From Girardia tigrina (taxonomy: Eukaryota): a DNA stretch of 50,764 nucleotides. Below are positions 13,713 to 28,456 of this stretch, piece after piece. Every line of letters starts with the position of its first letter. Position 1 is the first letter of the stretch. The stretch covers positions 15,216-65,979 of the forward strand of contig MQRK01249923.1 of NCBI GenBank assembly GCA_001938485.1. The letters are read 5' to 3'. Both the position numbers and the translations under genes were made by a program. Below the pieces are notes generated by a model, which was given only the letters and a program-made list of their open reading frames with translations, searched no databases and was not told the origin of the DNA.

Positions 13713-14759
13713 ACTATAACGTAGTCATATCAATGTTTGTATTATTTTCCTTACATTTTTATAAAAGTGATACGATAATGTATTCTAACCGAAATCTATA
13801 TTGTTAACGTTCCTTTTTAAAGGTTTTGGTTGTCAGATTTAAGTCTAACCAAATTCTTTCAGATATTAATGCTGATGTTTCGAGTTAGCCATTTATTCCT
13901 GTACAATTTTTATTTTATGATTTAGTTCATTTACAAAAAAATAAAAAGATAAAATATGATGAAATTGTATACATCTTGTATATCCGAATATAATACTCAC
14001 TAACACATTTTTGCTTAAAGGATTGCAGTCGGTATTATGCATGTCTAAGACTCATATTGAAGTTAACATAACTCAAATAATTAATAATTAAAAATTAGTA
14101 CTAACCTAGGTAAATGATACGTATTGATAAATGATACTCTTGTGATACGTATTTTTTGAAAATACAAAACTTATTGGCTTTTTACGTAGAAAAACAAAAG
14201 GATAATTAAGCGTATATACAATATATAATGATGTATGTGTTAGAACAGGGGTACCCAAAGACAGTCATGTACTGATTTTAGTAGCCTTTGATCCGTAAAG
14301 AATACTTTTTATGTATTACATTCTAAATAGAATGATAGAAAATTATCTGATAATCTCTCTCAACACAATAATTATAGGCCTATGAACCCTTTCTGTATGT
14401 ATTACATTTACACTATTTTGTACTATGTACTATCATATAATGGTTCTTAACAGAGTTCTTGTATACGCGGCCTCCCCCAGCACCATTGAATTGGGTGATC
14501 GTTTCTGAATACCTTCACACCACGGCACAATTTTACACCACTAGTACACTGTAGCACCTACAAGCTTTAGCCTTCAACCACAATTATTCTTTAACCAACC
14601 ATACATTAAATTACATGTACTTTTGACTAGTTAATTCTACCAAATATTTCATATATAGAATTCACTAGGGCCACTCCCTAGCGTCAGTACCGCAATAATC
14701 GCTTGCAGTGCACACTACCTGCTGCTAGGGATCATCTGCGCACTAAGGTCTACCGCTAT

Positions 14760-15270
14760 GCATTACAATGTATTAGATTAGCGTCGTTATGGAATACTGC
14801 TCAAAGCAGCTGCAAAAAGACGTCTATTTTCTCATCTGTGTTAACGCATTTTACACTTCCAGCCAACTAACTGAAGTAGTCATCTAACTGCAGCATCTGA
14901 AGGTGAGTAATCTTCATCTTACCTGAAATGTGCATTCGAAAGCCCACTTATTACTTGCCACTCACTATTTAAGCATATTGCACATGGACAGTTGAGAAAG
15001 TCTATTTGTTTTCTCAACTCTCTTTAAGTATACCACAAATTATACTGTACACGTTCTAGCATATTTCCTCCATAAGTGACCACCTGAGGTTCATTCCCCA
15101 GAACCTCATCACATCAAACATATCTCCATACACTTCTTGGACCAGTATACTGCTAGTACTAGTTATATTCCACCAACCTTGATTATCTTTTTTTGATGAA
15201 ACTAACTTTGTCGGAATAGTTAATCTGGTCAATCCACGTATGACCACATACTGACACTAGCTGTTTTGAT
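14760..15270 (-). mobile_element. Possible CR1/L2-like LINE relic (endonuclease-RT linker)
   Basis: GC-richer, coding-like minus strand with a degenerate CDEVLG.. segment and a W..V...DE.ID.F-like segment. Confidence 0.3.
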
Positions 15271-15400
15271 ATGATCAACTGATCGTTTTAATTTTTTATT
15301 TTATGTGGATAGATAATTTTCTATCACTCTATTTAGAATGTAATACATAAAAAGTATAAACAAATATAAATTAACTAAGCATTGTTGTTCATACTGAATA

Positions 15401-16379
15401 CAGGCATACCTCGTTTAGCGCTCATATTGCGTTCCTGAAAATTGAGCGTTTACAGAAACAGCGTTAAAAGAGGTGCTATTTACACTACAATATGGGGTTA
15501 CGTTCCTTGAACGTAAATTTGCGTTCTTTACGTAAATTTGAACGTAGTTTAAACTTTTCAAACCAGCCTCGGCTTGCAACAAAACTCTCGGTTGTGGAGT
15601 TTTCTCCAGTTCGATTTACAAGCTCTAAATATAATATCTTGGCTTTTTCCATTATTGCCCTGGCTGAGTGGCATGTTTCTCTGTGTTTGATCATCAATCC
15701 AGAATGTTAATAATTTTTCCATTTCTTCTACTTGAGTATTTCTTGTGCGTGTTACTTTCTTCGCAGATAATGAAGTTGTTGTACAAATGGATTTCTTAAT
15801 GTTATCGGAATTTTTAAGAATGGTTCTAATGGTTGATCCAGCCAACCCTAGGCTGGAAGACACTTCGGACTGCCGTTCACCGTTNNNNNNNNNNNNNNNN
15901 NNNNNNNNNNNNNNNNNNNNNNNNNNNNNNNNNNNNNNNNNNNNNNNNNNNNNNNNNNNNNNNNNNNNNNNNNNNNNNNNNNNNNNNNNNNNNNNNNNNN
16001 NNNNNNNNNNNNNNNNNNNNNNNNNNNNNTTATTTAAACAAAATTTAATCAAAATTAGGTCTATATCAAACCATATCACTATTTCGAATGAACAATTTAA
16101 TACAAAATTTCACATTTGGGGATTCCTCGAATTATAATTATTTTTGATATTTTTTTTTCTTTTCAAAAACGAATTCCATGAATTATAAATTTCGTTTTAA
16201 CACTTTGACTTTTTTAATTTAATTTTTGCTATTCTAAATAGTAACAATTTTCATATGAAATTAGAAAAAGAAAACCTTTTAAAAAATATTTGAAGTTAAA
16301 ATTATTTTTTTTCATAAAATCAAAAGAGCGCTATAACGAAACAGCGCTAAAAGAGGTAGCGTTAATCGAGGTATGCCTG
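15401..16379 (-). mobile_element. Tigger/pogo element, internally deleted
   Basis: TA|CAGGCATACCTCG...CGAGGTATGCCTG|TA, with Tigger1-like TIRs and a TA TSD. Minus-strand CENP-B-type HTHs: GERQSEVSSSLGLAGSTIRTILKN, EEMEKLLTFWIDDQTQRNMPLS, FVASRGWFEKFK. Confidence 0.93.
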
Positions 16380-16485
16380 TAAAACTTAATCTTTCAAGTA
16401 TCTTTTACAAGTATGATTTACAAGGATTTTTAACTTCGCAGGCTTAGTCAAAATAGAACAATTTTAATAATTTATCATTGTTATT

Positions 16486-16525
<40 letters not shown>

Positions 16526-17122
16526 AAAAATAATTTTGTTATTGCTTTTTTGGGAAATTGATTTTGAACATGTTTGTAACTTCATTTTTCATTGTTAACA
16601 ATTATAATGTAATGTGTAAGATAATAAAATATTAATTAATTGCAGATTTTTTCAGTAAATATTTATTTTTTTAGGATTTTATTGGATATAAAATGGTAAA
16701 ATATTTTATATATTTTAATTAAAGATATTAAGAATTGAGCTTTACTTTGCCATTCTGATTATTAATCAATGGGTTGTAGTGTCTTATCAATAATGATTCA
16801 CAGAACTGTCTCTTATAATGTGAAACAGAAAATTCATCCTTTGAAATAGAAGAGATTCTATTTTTACAGTGTAGCCAATGATCAAGAACCTTACTCTATC
16901 GACTTGATTGTGAATGCGCCCTAATATGGATTTTGAGATGACAATTTGTCTCTCCAATGTAAGTCCTAAATATAAGTCAGTTGTGGTAAGCCTTTCATTT
17001 ACAAAATGGAAAACCATTACTTACAAAAGCGAATCTATTTTGTTGTAAATACATTTCAAAACAATAAAAAATTGTAAATAAATAAATTATTCATTTCAGA
17101 ATTCAGAGAAGACCTCTTCTTA

Positions 17123-17309
17123 ATGAAAAAACCAAATTTAGACATTCGGGATCCGTATCATTTCAGATCTGAAAAAGAGGAACGAATTTATAAATCCAAA
17201 ACAGATTCGACAAATCGATTTTTTGAAAAAACAAAATCAAACGGACGAAACCGATCAAAATACTGTTCAAATTCTTCAAACTATTTCGGTATTGTTCCAC
17301 CTTTGACTG
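17123..17309 (+). CDS. PPP2R5: B56 exon 1 (putative N-terminal exon)
   Basis: ORF MKKPNL...[13 protein letters not shown] ends in G|gtaata (phase 1) and joins exon 2 to give PPLTD, matching B56 'LPxLKD'. The true start may lie upstream, since there is a tttcag acceptor at 17099. Confidence 0.7.
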
Positions 17310-19702
17310 GTAATAATTAAAATTTAATTAATACATTTTATATTTTTTCATTTGATGTCGACTTTATGTTCAATTGAAAAAAAAGATAAAGATATGGTCA
17401 ATTCTATTGAAGCCTTTTTAATTCTTATCATGTATAAATGACGATTTATTTAAAAACAAATAATTAAAAATTAAAATATTTTAATATTTAAAATATTATA
17501 ATTTTGCTGAAAATTTCATACATAACATTTTAGGAAAAGATTAAATGTATAAATTAAAATTCACTTGAATTAATTTAGATATTAATTATTTAAATATGCT
17601 TTTCTGTCCGATGATGCTAAATACAAATATTGAAAAATATTTTTTTTACATTATAGTTTCAAGACAGATATAGTAATATTTTCATAAAAAGAATGAAATA
17701 AAAGAACAAAATTAATTAACCAGTTAACTGAGTTTGATGAATAAACTCGTCATAGAGATGTGCCAGGATTTGGCGTCATGGCGAGTGTTAGATGTTTTTG
17801 GAACATCTTCCACGCTATCAATATTAAAAGCCGACATTAGTTTTTCAAATTTTATTTCTCTAAAAAATGTCTAATACATTTTATTTAAACAAATTTAATC
17901 AAAATTTAATTCATTTATTTTTTTACTTTTGAGGAACTATTTATTTCATAAATCTCAAACCGGTATAATAAAAATAAATATAGTATTAATAATCCATTAG
18001 ACTTTTTTAATTTCTGACAATTAAAAAATTTCATTTTTTATTTAAATTTACGAAATGTTATCATAGTTAACATAACTTCATTTAGTTTTTGATTTTTTTT
18101 AATTTTAAAAGGATAATTCTAATTCAATTATAATTTCAAAAATTTTAAAAGCATTTCATAAAAAACTTTAACAGCGAGTATAATGGTCCCTTTATGAACA
18201 TTCTAATAACCTCGTGAGATTGTTGTTGACTGGATTTATTCAATTTCAAATCGATGTGACAATCTCAAATCATTTTCTCAATCACACCGGGTGCGAAGCA
18301 CATGTTTTTAACTAGTCACAATTTTTTAGGCATATTTAATCAAATTATCCATCACAACTTGTCCGTCTTTCTCCTTCATTGGAAGCTCTCTCTTTAGAGA
18401 CTAATATTAGACTAATTTTGAATAGATTCCACACTCAAAAGATCAAAAATGAAGATGAGAGGGAGCGTTCTAAAATTATAAAAATACCATTTTCTGAGGG
18501 ATTTAGAAATTTTAAAAATTCAATCTAAAAATATTGACAGTGTTAGAATAATGTCAGTAACATCAAAAGTGAGAGTAAAATCGAGAACTGGCTGTGTATT
18601 GAAAGCTAATCTTGTATATAAATTTAAGTGCCATGGGTGTCACAACTCGCACATTGGAGAGACAAATCGTCATCTTACAACACAAACTAATGAATATTCA
18701 CAGCCGAGTCAATCAAGTAAGTACTAGTTGCAAGGACAGAACATCTCATATTTCAAAAGAAGAGTTCTTTAAACTAATTACAAGCTTTTATTACGTTTCA
18801 TTTGTTTGTTTGTTTGTTTGTCTGTATGGATCAAATCTTGCGATCGAAATTTCACCCACTTCCCGTTGTGCTGGTGACTTGAAATTTTCANNNNNNNNNN
18901 NNNNNNNNNNNNNNNNNNNNNNNNNNNNNNNNNNNNNNNNNNNNNNNNNNNNNNNNNNNNNNNNNNNNNNNNNNNNNNNNNNNNNNNNNNNNNNNNNNNN
19001 NNNNNNNNNNNNNNNNNNNNNNNNNNNNNNNNNNNNNNNNNNNNNNNNNNNNNNNNNNNNNNNNNNNNNNNNNNNNNNNNNNNNNNNNNNNNNNNNNNNN
19101 NNNNNNNNNNNNNNNNNNNNNNNNNNNNNNNNNNNNNNNNNNNNNNNNNNNNNNNNNNNNNNNNNNNNNNNNNNNNNNNNNNNNNNNNNNNNNNNNNNNN
19201 NNNNNNNNNNNNNNNNNNNNNNNNNNNNNNNNNNNNNNNNNNNNNNNNNNNNNNNNNNNNNNNNNNNNNNNNNTTGATAATTCAGTCAAAAAATGTGGGA
19301 AGTGGGTGAAATAGATACAGAACCGCAAATATATGACAAATTATAAAAGCTTGTACACCAAAAATTTTTTTGGTATGATATTATTTTGATTTATATTATG
19401 AGAGGTTATATTGTGAATCATTGTTAATCAGACACTATAAACTATTGATTAATATTAAAAAAGGGAAGAGTAAGCTAGCTGCAATATTAAATGTTTTTAA
19501 TTAATTCACTTTATGTCCTATAAAATCAATCCAAAATGTTATTAATTTTTCTTTGTTATCATTTAACCAATGAAATTGAACACTGTCAAACAATTATTTT
19601 ATTAAATTTAATCAATTAAATTAAACACTATCAAATAGTTGATGATCAATGCAGATTAAAACATGTTCAATATTAAAAAAAATTTTAAAACGCTTTATCA
19701 AT

Positions 19703-19749
<47 letters not shown>

Positions 19750-22700
19750 AAATAAATTTTTATTTGTTCAAAAACGAAAGCAAACATTTGTTCTACTTTT
19801 GTTTGTAATGAAAATATTTTTATGCAACAAACTATTTTTACTTATTTTTCTAAAATAACATTTTAATTGAAGTAATTAGTTTTCATTGTTTAATAAATAT
19901 TCTTTGTTGATTTTAGATACAAGAAAGGGTGAGATTGAAAACGCGATAAAAGAAAAATTACGTTTGTGTTGCATTCTTTTCAATTTTAACAGTACGGAAA
20001 GGATAGAAGAAAAATTAAGGAAAGAAAGAACTTTAATTGAAATATCGGATTATATTCAACGGCTATCAGCACCAATCCCAGATTACCTCTACATCGAGAT
20101 ACCTCGTATGGTTGGGTGTAATATATTTCGAACCTTAGCACCTTTTCATCCAATAGTGACTGTAGGAATGGAAGATGAAGAGGAGTTCCAGTTGATTGAA
20201 TCTTGGCCTCATTTACAAGTATTAATGAAAATTTTAAAATCTTTTTTCTAGATAAATTTACTTATTCAAAAAAATATTTCGTAAAAAATTTAATAATTTG
20301 ATATTATATAAAATTTGATATTATATATTTTTGATATATATTTTTTAGCGCAATTTCCATACTGACAATTGCGATTATTAATTGGTTATTTCTGTGTGGA
20401 TGGATGGATGGATGTGTGTCCGTAGCTTTAAGTCGTATCTCCTCCTCAACGAAGCAATATCGAGGGCTAGTTCCAAAAGCAAATATGTTAAGCAAGTTTG
20501 GAGGATGATTGTGGGCTAAAAAAAATCCCGGAATTCCTTTCTTGATTTCCTGGAAAAGCCAAAAAACCTCGAAAAAATGCAGTTTTTTGCCTATATCTCG
20601 GCAACCAGACCACTTAGCGACTTGAAACATTTACCAATCGATTCCTGCAATAATTTAGAACAATATTGCCGAAGAAAGTTTTCAAAAATATTCTTTCGTT
20701 CGGTAACAAAAAATTAATCATAGTCAAATACTGATATAAACGTTTTAATATTTGGGCACCGAATAACATAAGGAAATTGCGCTTACATTGTCCCTAGACT
20801 TTTTATTAACTTGTTATAATCATTATAATTACCCTGACATTTTTAATATGGTTCAAAATCGAACTATTTCAACTCTATTTAGTATGTTCAGCAATTCTAG
20901 TGCGGAGATGACGACTTGTCTCTCCAATATACAAGGCTTCGTATTTGTGGCATTAAACTAGACTTACTTTAATACACAAAGGAGTTTTATAATTGTTCTA
21001 TTTATATTTATGTACTACACTTTAAAGACTATCTTTTTGGTGACAGCGAAAAGACTTATAATTTACTAGAGACGTTTTAGTTCGCATATTTAGTGATTTG
21101 ATCACCTTTTGTTTTGGAACTTTTTTACGGCAAGCAACCGTTTATAGATATCGTCGTTTTCACCTTTCATTTTCAAATAAAGTTCAATTCATACACAAAA
21201 TCTCTTTTTATTCAAAAATAATTTCACTCAATCAACAAACAAATGATTTCTACTAGTTCAAACAATAATCTTATAGGTACAATTTTAGTACACATTGAAA
21301 CTTATCAAAACTTATCTTCAGCGCTTCTCAATTTATAAACTAGGTAAATTGATACATTTTAAAGATGATCCATTTTTCGGAGATAACAGTCATTTATCAG
21401 GTCTCAATGTTTATGTGTTTCTATGAACCAGAAGCAACCTGGTCAATATCATACGCTTCGTAGTTTCAGAATTCTAAAATAAATGTTCAAGCGATACTCT
21501 CAATCAGTGATAGTGTATAGCTTGGAGCTTGGGTCCCGCACGAACTCACCCAAAAACAGAAGGATGAGCGGCTTTCCATTGCTGCTCAAAATCTCGCTCG
21601 ACACCAAGGAATCCATGGCCACAGGCAACGTTTCTTATACAGAATCGTCACTGGAGACGAGAAATGGTGTCTCTATGTGAATATGAAGCAAAGGAAAGAG
21701 TGGGTGAGTCCTGGAGAGAAGCCTAAGCCCAAGATCAAGAAAGACCTGCACCCGATGAAGACAATGATTTGCGTATGGTGGGATTGGGAAGGTCTAGAAA
21801 AGAATCTCTATGAAGCCCAATTGCATCGAGTCAATGATGCAATTCAACAAAAAAGACCGGATCTACAAGGCCAGGTGATCCTCCTCCATGACAATGCTCG
21901 ACCACACACCGCAAAAACTGTCAAGATGGCACTCCAAGAGCTCGATTGGGAGGTCCTTCAACATCCTCCCTATTCCCCAGACCTCGCCACGACGGATTAC
22001 CATCTCTTCGGCTGCCTTTCAAATGAAATGAGGGGTCTTAGCTTCGAAAATCAGGATCATCTTCATCTTCAGGCTCAACAACTTCTTCGAGACTCGACCT
22101 AAGGATTTCTGGCAAAATGGAATCAACAAACTGGTGGAAAGATGGGAAGAAGTAGTGAACAATGAAGGAGAGTATATAATTGATTGAAGTGTTATTATTT
22201 TTGCTGTTAAAATTTTATGATTTCATTAAATATATAATTAACTGAGTCATTATTTTAGTTGTTTAAATTCTTTGATTTCTTTGAAAATAAATGTTTAAAA
22301 AACGGCGGGAACTTATGCAACAACCCAATACATCACGTAAATTGTTCATTATTATGTTACGTTTTCCATCAAACAGTCGATTCAATACAGTCTTTATTAA
22401 AACTTTTTTTATTAAAAATTAATAAATAACGGTGCACCGGCAATTTTTTCGGTGCACTGAAACAAACTTTTCATTTCGGTGCACCGCGCCCAGCCATACA
22501 TTTTTTAAACTTAAAAAAATGTATCCTTATGCTTCCTTTTATAAAAAGTAATGATTTGGATAATTAATAATTCTTTAATAGTGATATAAATAATAATAAC
22601 TATTGTGATTATAATTTCTTCTTTTTTTCTCTGAAAAACACTTCAAAATTTTGATCGGTTTTATAAAATTATTATAAAATTATTAGAATATTTAAATTAG

Positions 22701-25700
22701 TATAAAATTGTATATTCAATTTAGAACAAAATATATTCATTCCACATTTAATAAATGTGCAAAATTTGTTTCATTATCATTATTTTATTTTAATTTATCA
22801 GATAAAAAATATTTATTAAAAAGATTAAATTATTTAATATAATAAATATAAATAATATAATAATACAAATAATAATCCATATATTTTATTTTTAAAAATA
22901 CGATAATAGAGTAAAAATGAATTTTTCATACTCAAAACAATATAAATTTATAATTTTTATTTGAAAAAATTACAAAAGAAAACTTTTTCCCATTATTTAA
23001 AGCAAAAAATAAAAAATTGAATTTTCATTAAATAAATAGATTTTTAATTAAATAAAAAAATTATAATCTTTCAGAATTTATTTCTTTTCATTTATGATTT
23101 GAAAAAAAATATTTTTAAATAAAAAATTTAATTAATTATAATTAAATATATAAAACGTTTGCCAATTATGAAATAAGTTAAATACGATAAATTATTTTTT
23201 TAATCCAAGATTTTCTAATTCTTTTTATAAAGCTTTCATTTTTTACTTTTTAATCCTTAGGAAATACAATTTAATTTAATAATATTAAAATTAATATTTG
23301 AATTACTTTTTTATTATTGATAAAAATATTTTATGAACGATAAAAATATTTTTAAAAAATTTGAAAATTAATTAAATTTTATTTTTTTGAAATTTTTGAA
23401 ATTTGGTCGTATTTTTATTTATTTGAATAATATTAATTGTTTTAAAATGGTAATAAATTATTTTTAAAATGAAAAATAATTTTAATTATTTCAAAAAATA
23501 AAACATTAATAGACATTCTTTTCTGAAAGAAAAAAATTTTATTTATTTTTATAATTTTTTGAAGTAAATTAAAAAGAATATAATTAGATGCCGACACATT
23601 CCAATTATTTGGTTGGATTAAAATAATTATATTTGTTTTTCGAAACTTAATTCACGGATAAATTTATATTCAAAACAAAATTTTATTAATTAATATTCAT
23701 TTTTTGTGATGAAAAAAAAGTTTTTCGATTTGAAATAAAAGATAAAATTTTTTAAAATTGTGAGAAAATAAAATAAAGCTAATTATATGAATTAAGTTTA
23801 TTTTATTTTTTAATAATTTCACATTTGTTAACACATTTTTTCTTTAGTTTTTTATTTTTTTGTGTTTTTTTTAATTATAACGATATTTAATAAAGCCGTA
23901 GTATGTCATCGAAAGTCATTTGTTGTCGTTGTTTTTATATTTCGAGTACTCGATCTAAGAAAGAAAAATTTCTTTAAAGATATTATCATTAAAGATGGGA
24001 TCAGTAACACGTACATCTCGACCAGTTACAATAGAAAACTATTGATCAAGCGCCTCCTCAACTTTATGGTCCTTACCTTTACTCTTTCGTTTTTGGTATT
24101 TTACCTGTGATCCTTTGCGTTTCGTTCATTCTTCTATTAGTTCTTCTTGTTGATGGATCAGATGTGCTACGGTTGATCTGGGATCCCAGTTATTTCCCTT
24201 AACTGACCAGGACTAATGCTGCTGGGTTGTTTCTTAATCTAATCATGTAATGCTATTTTATCAGCTACTGTTAAATCTTTCCATTGGGGTTTTAGTTCAA
24301 ACACTTCCCCACACAAAAATTTAAAAATGCACGAAAATGACTAAAAACAATAAAAAGTAGACAATAAAATTTGAAAAATAATTAATTTCATTCAACTTTC
24401 AATTTAATTTAAGATTTTTAAAATTATTACTAAAAAGAATTTTCTGTCCCAATTAAATAGTGGAATGACCAAAATAAGCTAAGAAAATTCCTAGTCAAAT
24501 ACTGTATTAGTTTCGGACCTTCATGTTTTGTCCCAAATAAGCGGCTGTTCTCATTCACCGATGTACTCAAGAACCGCATTCTACTTATTTATAGTTTGTT
24601 GTATATTAAATGGATATTACTTGAATAAGAACTTGATAAAACATATTTATTATGGGGACGTTGCACCATTAATTTCAATGGTATAAAAGTGATTTACTGA
24701 ATTTTGTTGAAGTTGTACAAGCATGAAGTGTGCTGAACGCTCTGGAATCACAATTTGAATAACTACACTCGAAACAATTTAAAAAATCCACGAAATGGTT
24801 GTTGGCCGATCGGAGATCAGATGGCTCAGGGATTTTGACTTTGAATGATCATTTGGGTATGAGAAAGCTCTCTGCAAGATGGGTGCCGCACTTTGCTCAC
24901 AATTGACAACAAACGCAATCGTGTGACAATTTCGAAGACGTTTTTGGTGTTGTTTTAATCGCAATCGGAAAGATTTTTTGCGCTTGTTTATAATTGTGGA
25001 CGAAACATAGATCCACTACAACACACTTGAGACAAAGCAGAAATCACAGCAGTAAATTTCTAGCTGCGAAACGGCTCCAAAGAAATACAAGGCAGTTTTA
25101 TCGGCCATCGGTGGCATTGTGACAATTTTTTGGGATGGACACGAAATAATTCACATTGAAAGGGAAAAACAATCAACGGCAAATATTATGCCGACTTATT
25201 GGGCCAATTCAACGGCATGCTGAAAGATAACCGACCGCATTTGGCTAAGAAGAAAGTCAAAACTATTCACAGACTCAAAGATGCGGAGTCGCCATGGAAA
25301 AATTTCATGAATTGAGAATCGAATAGCTCCCTCATCCACCATATTCTCGGATTGAGCCCACAGTATCTATTTTCTGTTTGTTAGTGAGTTCTGATTTAAA
25401 ATAGTTGCCAGTGTTATTTTCAATGAAAAATAGTGAACCATCGATCGGCGGATCTGTTAATTTTGAATGGTTTCTCCGAACCAAGCGAGACATTCACGTG
25501 TCCACATTAGCCAGAATCGGCATTCCCGAGGTTCTTTTTGAAAACTGTGATTTAATCTCAAATGAAAAAAACGTTCACATTTTGCAGTTGGTCGAGAAAT
25601 TTTTAACGGAAAAAAATCAATGCCGAAGAAAGTCTGAACAATCAGTTGTATATGGGTAGGAGTTATTTGAGTGGTTGTGTGAAAATTTGGGGACGAATTA

Positions 25701-27709
25701 TCTTTTTTTATTGATTATTTATGGTGTAAAATTCAAAATTTAAATATTTATATAATATTTAATATCAAAAACTTCAAAGATATTTAGAAACTATGTATAA
25801 AAATTGCGTGAAGAAACCTCTGTTTTTTTTCAAATAAAATTAAAAGATTCCAAACAAAGCAAAAAAAATCTTGAAACACACATGTCGACCTCTACTAAAA
25901 AATTCAGTTATTGCATATTATGAAGTATCATTGAACTTTCTATATCAAATGAACTTTCTCATACTATTGTTGAAAAATTTCTCGTACCAGCTGCAAAAAA
26001 ATGTTTCCATAATGACGAATGATAAAATAGAAAACGATTTAAATTTAATTCTAATTAGATTTTCCCATGGAACTGTTTTTAATTTTCTGTAAAATGTTAA
26101 TAAATAGTTTTAACTAAAAGTAAATAATATTTTTAATTTTTTGTATAATTTTAGATTTAAGTAAAATTAATTATTATTTTAATTTGTTTTGGTTTTTTGT
26201 AATTATGTTTCTAATTTATCATTATTGGAAGTGACAATTTTTAATTTTAATAAATGATCATTTAAATTTCTTAATTATTAATTTAAACGTCATTTATATT
26301 AGTTGATGTTTGGTTATTATATAAGTAAATCGATATATTTTAGATTTAAATAAAAATTAATATTTTTTTTAAAAATATTATTTAAAATATTATTTAATAT
26401 TATAAAAATATAGTTAAAACCAATATTTTAGGATATTTTTAATTTGTGTGAAATTTAATTGTAAAAGGTATATTAAGAACACCAATTTGAGTTTTCATAT
26501 TTTTATTTACACAACAATTTTGATTGTCCTTAAGACAATCTTTGTCAAAGCTTTCGTACGATTGCATTCTAAACTAAATTGATTAATGAATTAATTCGTA
26601 TTATTTTTTTAGCAAATGGGGAAATATTTTATTAAAATATTTACTCAAAACTTATTGGATAATAATTAAAATGATAATGAATTATTTAAAAAAATATTAT
26701 TTTGATTTATTTATTAAAAATTGTAAAAATTAAATAACTTATTTAAAATTTTAAAATTATTTGAAATTAAAAATAAATTTAAACATAACATATTTTGAGA
26801 TAATAAGAATTAAAACATTAATCATCCATCTGGGTGGGAAAGACACATCTCCAAATCAACATACACATTCAAACACAAAACATCAAACATTCAAAATATT
26901 CCTCACAGGTATATTAAAATAAATTAAACTTTGAAAAATAAATTCATTAACCAATGTTCAAAATAATAAGTAAATGATAGATCTTCATGCTTGACTTGTC
27001 CATCTTTTGACTTTTATTTTGTATTAAATGCAGCTGACAAAAATAAAAATAGAATTAAAATATTTTTTGAGAAATTTGAACCTGTTTTTGACACAATTTG
27101 TCAGACTCTCACATCCGCTTTTTCACTCGATGTTAAACATAGTTTATCTGTTTCTTGAAATTATCGGCAAAGGAAAATAAATGAGATAGTAAATGTCAAT
27201 AATACCATTTTAATTCTGGAAAAATTTTCTTTTATTCTAAAATTGGGTTTAAAATAGAAATATCAGATGAAAAAATTATTTACTAATACAAAAAAATAAT
27301 GACATTAATCACAATTATTATTTTCCTTAATTTATGGAAATATTTAAAAAAAAAGATACATAGAAAATATTTTTTTAATATTTAATTATTAGAAAAATAC
27401 AATTATTAAATATATAAATACGAATATATTTTATTATATGTTGAAATTACATTAGGAGTTTGTTTAAATGTTTCACTTTTTTGTTGTTTGTATAAAAACT
27501 TTGCAAATTTTAATACAATATTATTGTTCTAGCAATCATGTAAAATATTGAAATAGATATTAGTTAGCCATATTTAAATTTTGTTTTGAAATTTTCGATT
27601 TCGAATTCAATGGAAAACCCAAAACTCAATTCACCTTTTAAAAATTTTATTATTATTTCCAATTACAAATTAATACAATTGATGCAGTAAAACAATTCTG
27701 CAATTTTTT

Positions 27710-27744
<35 letters not shown>

Positions 27745-28406
27745 AAAGTAAAATCTATATAATAGGGATAAAAATAAGACGACGCGTTTCGAGATAATAA
27801 TAATCTCATCAGCAGGTCACAAAATGTACCAAGGAGGTACACTATATGGAAACATACAGAAAATAAATAAAATTTATCCAATAAATTATTGGATGAAAAT
27901 AATTTTATTTCCTTATTCCTTAAAATTAAGAAAAATGCAACAAATGCAATCAATCCCATTCTCGCAAACCAAACATTGGCAGCTATCAATTGCCATTTGA
28001 AAAAACGATGTTTTCTCTATCGTTCCGTACTTTACAAGGTAACGGAGACATATGATAAAGATGACAACTAACAGCACACCAAAAGCTAATCTTTGAGATG
28101 AAACTTCTCACACGATGTTTTCTCTATCGTTCCGTACTTTACAAGGTAACGGAGACATATGATAAAGATGACAACTAACAGCACACCAAAAGCTAATCTT
28201 TGAGATGAAACTTCTCACACTCAATGCAATCAACTCAATTTTAGCCTTCCCATCAAATCCAAAACAATCCGAAATCTCATCGATTTATTATATTATTCTT
28301 TATTCGCTTTGGAGTGTTCAATATTTGACAGTAGATATTTCAATTTTAAAAGTTTTAAACTCAATGATTTGAAATTAACTCTTTAATTCATGGCCATGTA
28401 AATTTG

Positions 28407-28456
<50 letters not shown>

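Noticed and set aside
22500-23860. Extremely AT-rich tract as organelle-derived DNA or a replication origin
   Set aside because: No tRNA, rRNA or mitochondrial ORF signal; similar tracts recur throughout the introns.
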